The notes under the pieces: generated by a model | The model's input: the letters and a program-made list of their open reading frames with translations, nothing else | Database searches by the model: none | Told to the model about the DNA's origin: nothing | In this document: piece after piece, positions 62,377 to 64,000 of the stretch | Position numbering within the stretch: position 1 is the stretch's first letter | Layout: each line of letters opens with the position of its first letter | Program-made: the position numbers and the translations under genes | From: Dendrobates tinctorius | Lineage: Eukaryota | Assembly (NCBI RefSeq): GCF_039654945.1 | Contig: NW_027361739.1 | Coordinates: forward strand, 2,232,001-2,296,000 | DNA length: 64,000 nt | Direction of reading: 5' to 3'

Positions 62377-64000
62377 GAGGAACGCAGCTCTGTCACTACA
62401 CTTCCCCATAGCTATCTTTGGCAGGTAATCTAGGTCTATTGACCATTTTCATTCTTTGCATCAATCCACTTTGAAAAAGTGATTATGATTAATTAATTCT
62501 GAGCTGTGGCAGAAAGTACCTACTTACCAATGTAACTACCCGTTTTAGATCTGCTTCCACGAATTACATAGATTTCTAGGTTTCTACTGTCCATAATTTG
62601 TGTCCCTCATTAGCTCGCCCATTTTCTGTTTTTAGTTTTTTTTTTTTATCAAATTTTAATTCAATAAAAATTCTATTTTTAATGCTATCTCACGTCTGGT
62701 TATTGGGTATTTAAGTGAACCCGGCTTGGTGATACATTCTGACTATGTTGACGTGTGTATCCTCAAGTAGGGTTATCGCTTACTGTTAAAAGACTTTATT
62801 TTTGTTATAAAATTAAAAATGTGAAACCTAAGAGGACTTTTTTTTTCTAATACAGGTCTTCACGGCAGGAGAATAGTATACATAGAAGGGAAGAGCCAAT
62901 GTAACTGCAGCATTAGGAAGACACAAAGCAAGAGCTACCAAATGTCTGAAGCACAGCAACACAAGCTGCCGAGGGAAGAAAGTACAGCACAAAACGAGAA
63001 CGATTACTTGCAGATGATAAGAGATGGCCACTCATTTATCTCTTAGGCACTGCGGGAGATTATGGCAGCCCGTTTCAGCAATGAAACTCACACTGAATAA
63101 CATTAATAGTGATTCAAATGATTGGGATTTCTTGCTGTAAGGCCAGAACAAACCCAATATTTCCAAGGAAGATTAAAAAATTATAATATGCAGTCAACTG
63201 TAATCGGAGGCTGGATCTAATGAACAGCGGAAGCAGGAAAATTCATGACTCCCGGCCTCGAGATGAGAACGTTAAACTGATGATGACCGGATTCTGGTTT
63301 AATGAAGATTTAGAGATTGGGGAGCTGGTGTAGAACAATGTCATCCAAGGGCCGAAATAAAGCTTACTGAGAGGTTTATGGTCTATCAAAGTATATGCCA
63401 TAAATTCCTAAGAGATGGAGATTCTAGCACCAGGATGCCCACAAATCTGGAAACTGGGGGTTTTCTTGCCTGCCAATTAGTAGTCTATAGAGCTGAAGAC
63501 CCTGCACACATGAAACACGCTCTCCTAAGGGTGTTGGAATTGCTGGCTGCATTTCACAATTTCCACAAACTAGAACAACTAGAGCTGCACGCGTAGGCAG
63601 CAACCACTCTCACCGACACATGCCCGTCTGGTGGGCTAAGAAGGGGTCAAGGAACCCTACTCTTGATGTTCGGGGGACCCCGATGAGGCTAGATAGTGCT
63701 CTATTTGTGCTAGCCCATTCCTGCTCCTGGGCAGTGTGCTACTCTTCTTCCCCCAGACATGGAAACTACTGAAGACAGAAGGTGATGCACAGTACAAAAT
63801 GGCATGACGGGCCGCATGTGGCCAACGGGCTGCCGTTTCTTAACCCTTGTTCTAGACTGATGCGAAGATGTCTATTCATCTGAATGAAGCGGTTAGTTGA
63901 TGTCCGCTTGGCTCACAGCTATTCCTCCTATCACCCTATACTACATATGCACGCTCAGCTCAGCCGAGTGTGCATTTGTTTTCTGTAGGGAGAGCAGAGT

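Larger units (their letters stand above)
61235..62785. mobile_element. Large inverted (fold-back) Penelope-like LTR pair with hammerhead motifs
   Basis: 61270-61540 plus 62110-62282 is the reverse complement of 62305-62745. The left arm carries a ~570-bp insertion (61540-62110). Confidence 0.75.

Overview
This is eukaryotic DNA, not prokaryotic: AT-rich, repeat-dense vertebrate sequence whose repeat families point to an anuran frog, probably a hyloid or poison-frog lineage (inferred from remembered families, not a database hit). It looks like intronic sequence of a large minus-strand gene: there is one convincing 72-nt internal exon at 8926-8997, plus weaker candidate upstream exons and several repeat-free, homeodomain-motif-rich islands that resemble conserved non-coding elements. 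Much of the window is transposable elements. Tc1 (DD34E): one copy with an uninterrupted 340-aa transposase and ~210-bp TIRs (38534-40139), one with a single frameshift (12323-13907), one decayed copy carrying a piggyBac-type insertion, and a Sleeping Beauty-like IR fragment. Retroelements: a decayed DIRS1, L2 and CR1 LINE fragments, a V-SINE-like remnant, and several Penelope-like elements (PLEs). Many Harbinger, Kolobok/T2 and hAT MITEs occur, often nested. The most striking recurring pattern is a set of PLE-derived fold-back (inverted) insertions carrying minimal hammerhead-ribozyme motifs, including a near-perfect 125-bp-arm hairpin nested inside another inverted PLE (55093-56610). I found no CRISPR, rRNA or tRNA, and cannot support a wholly new biological system. 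The best leads are the possibly active Tc1 and the PLE hairpin/hammerhead set.
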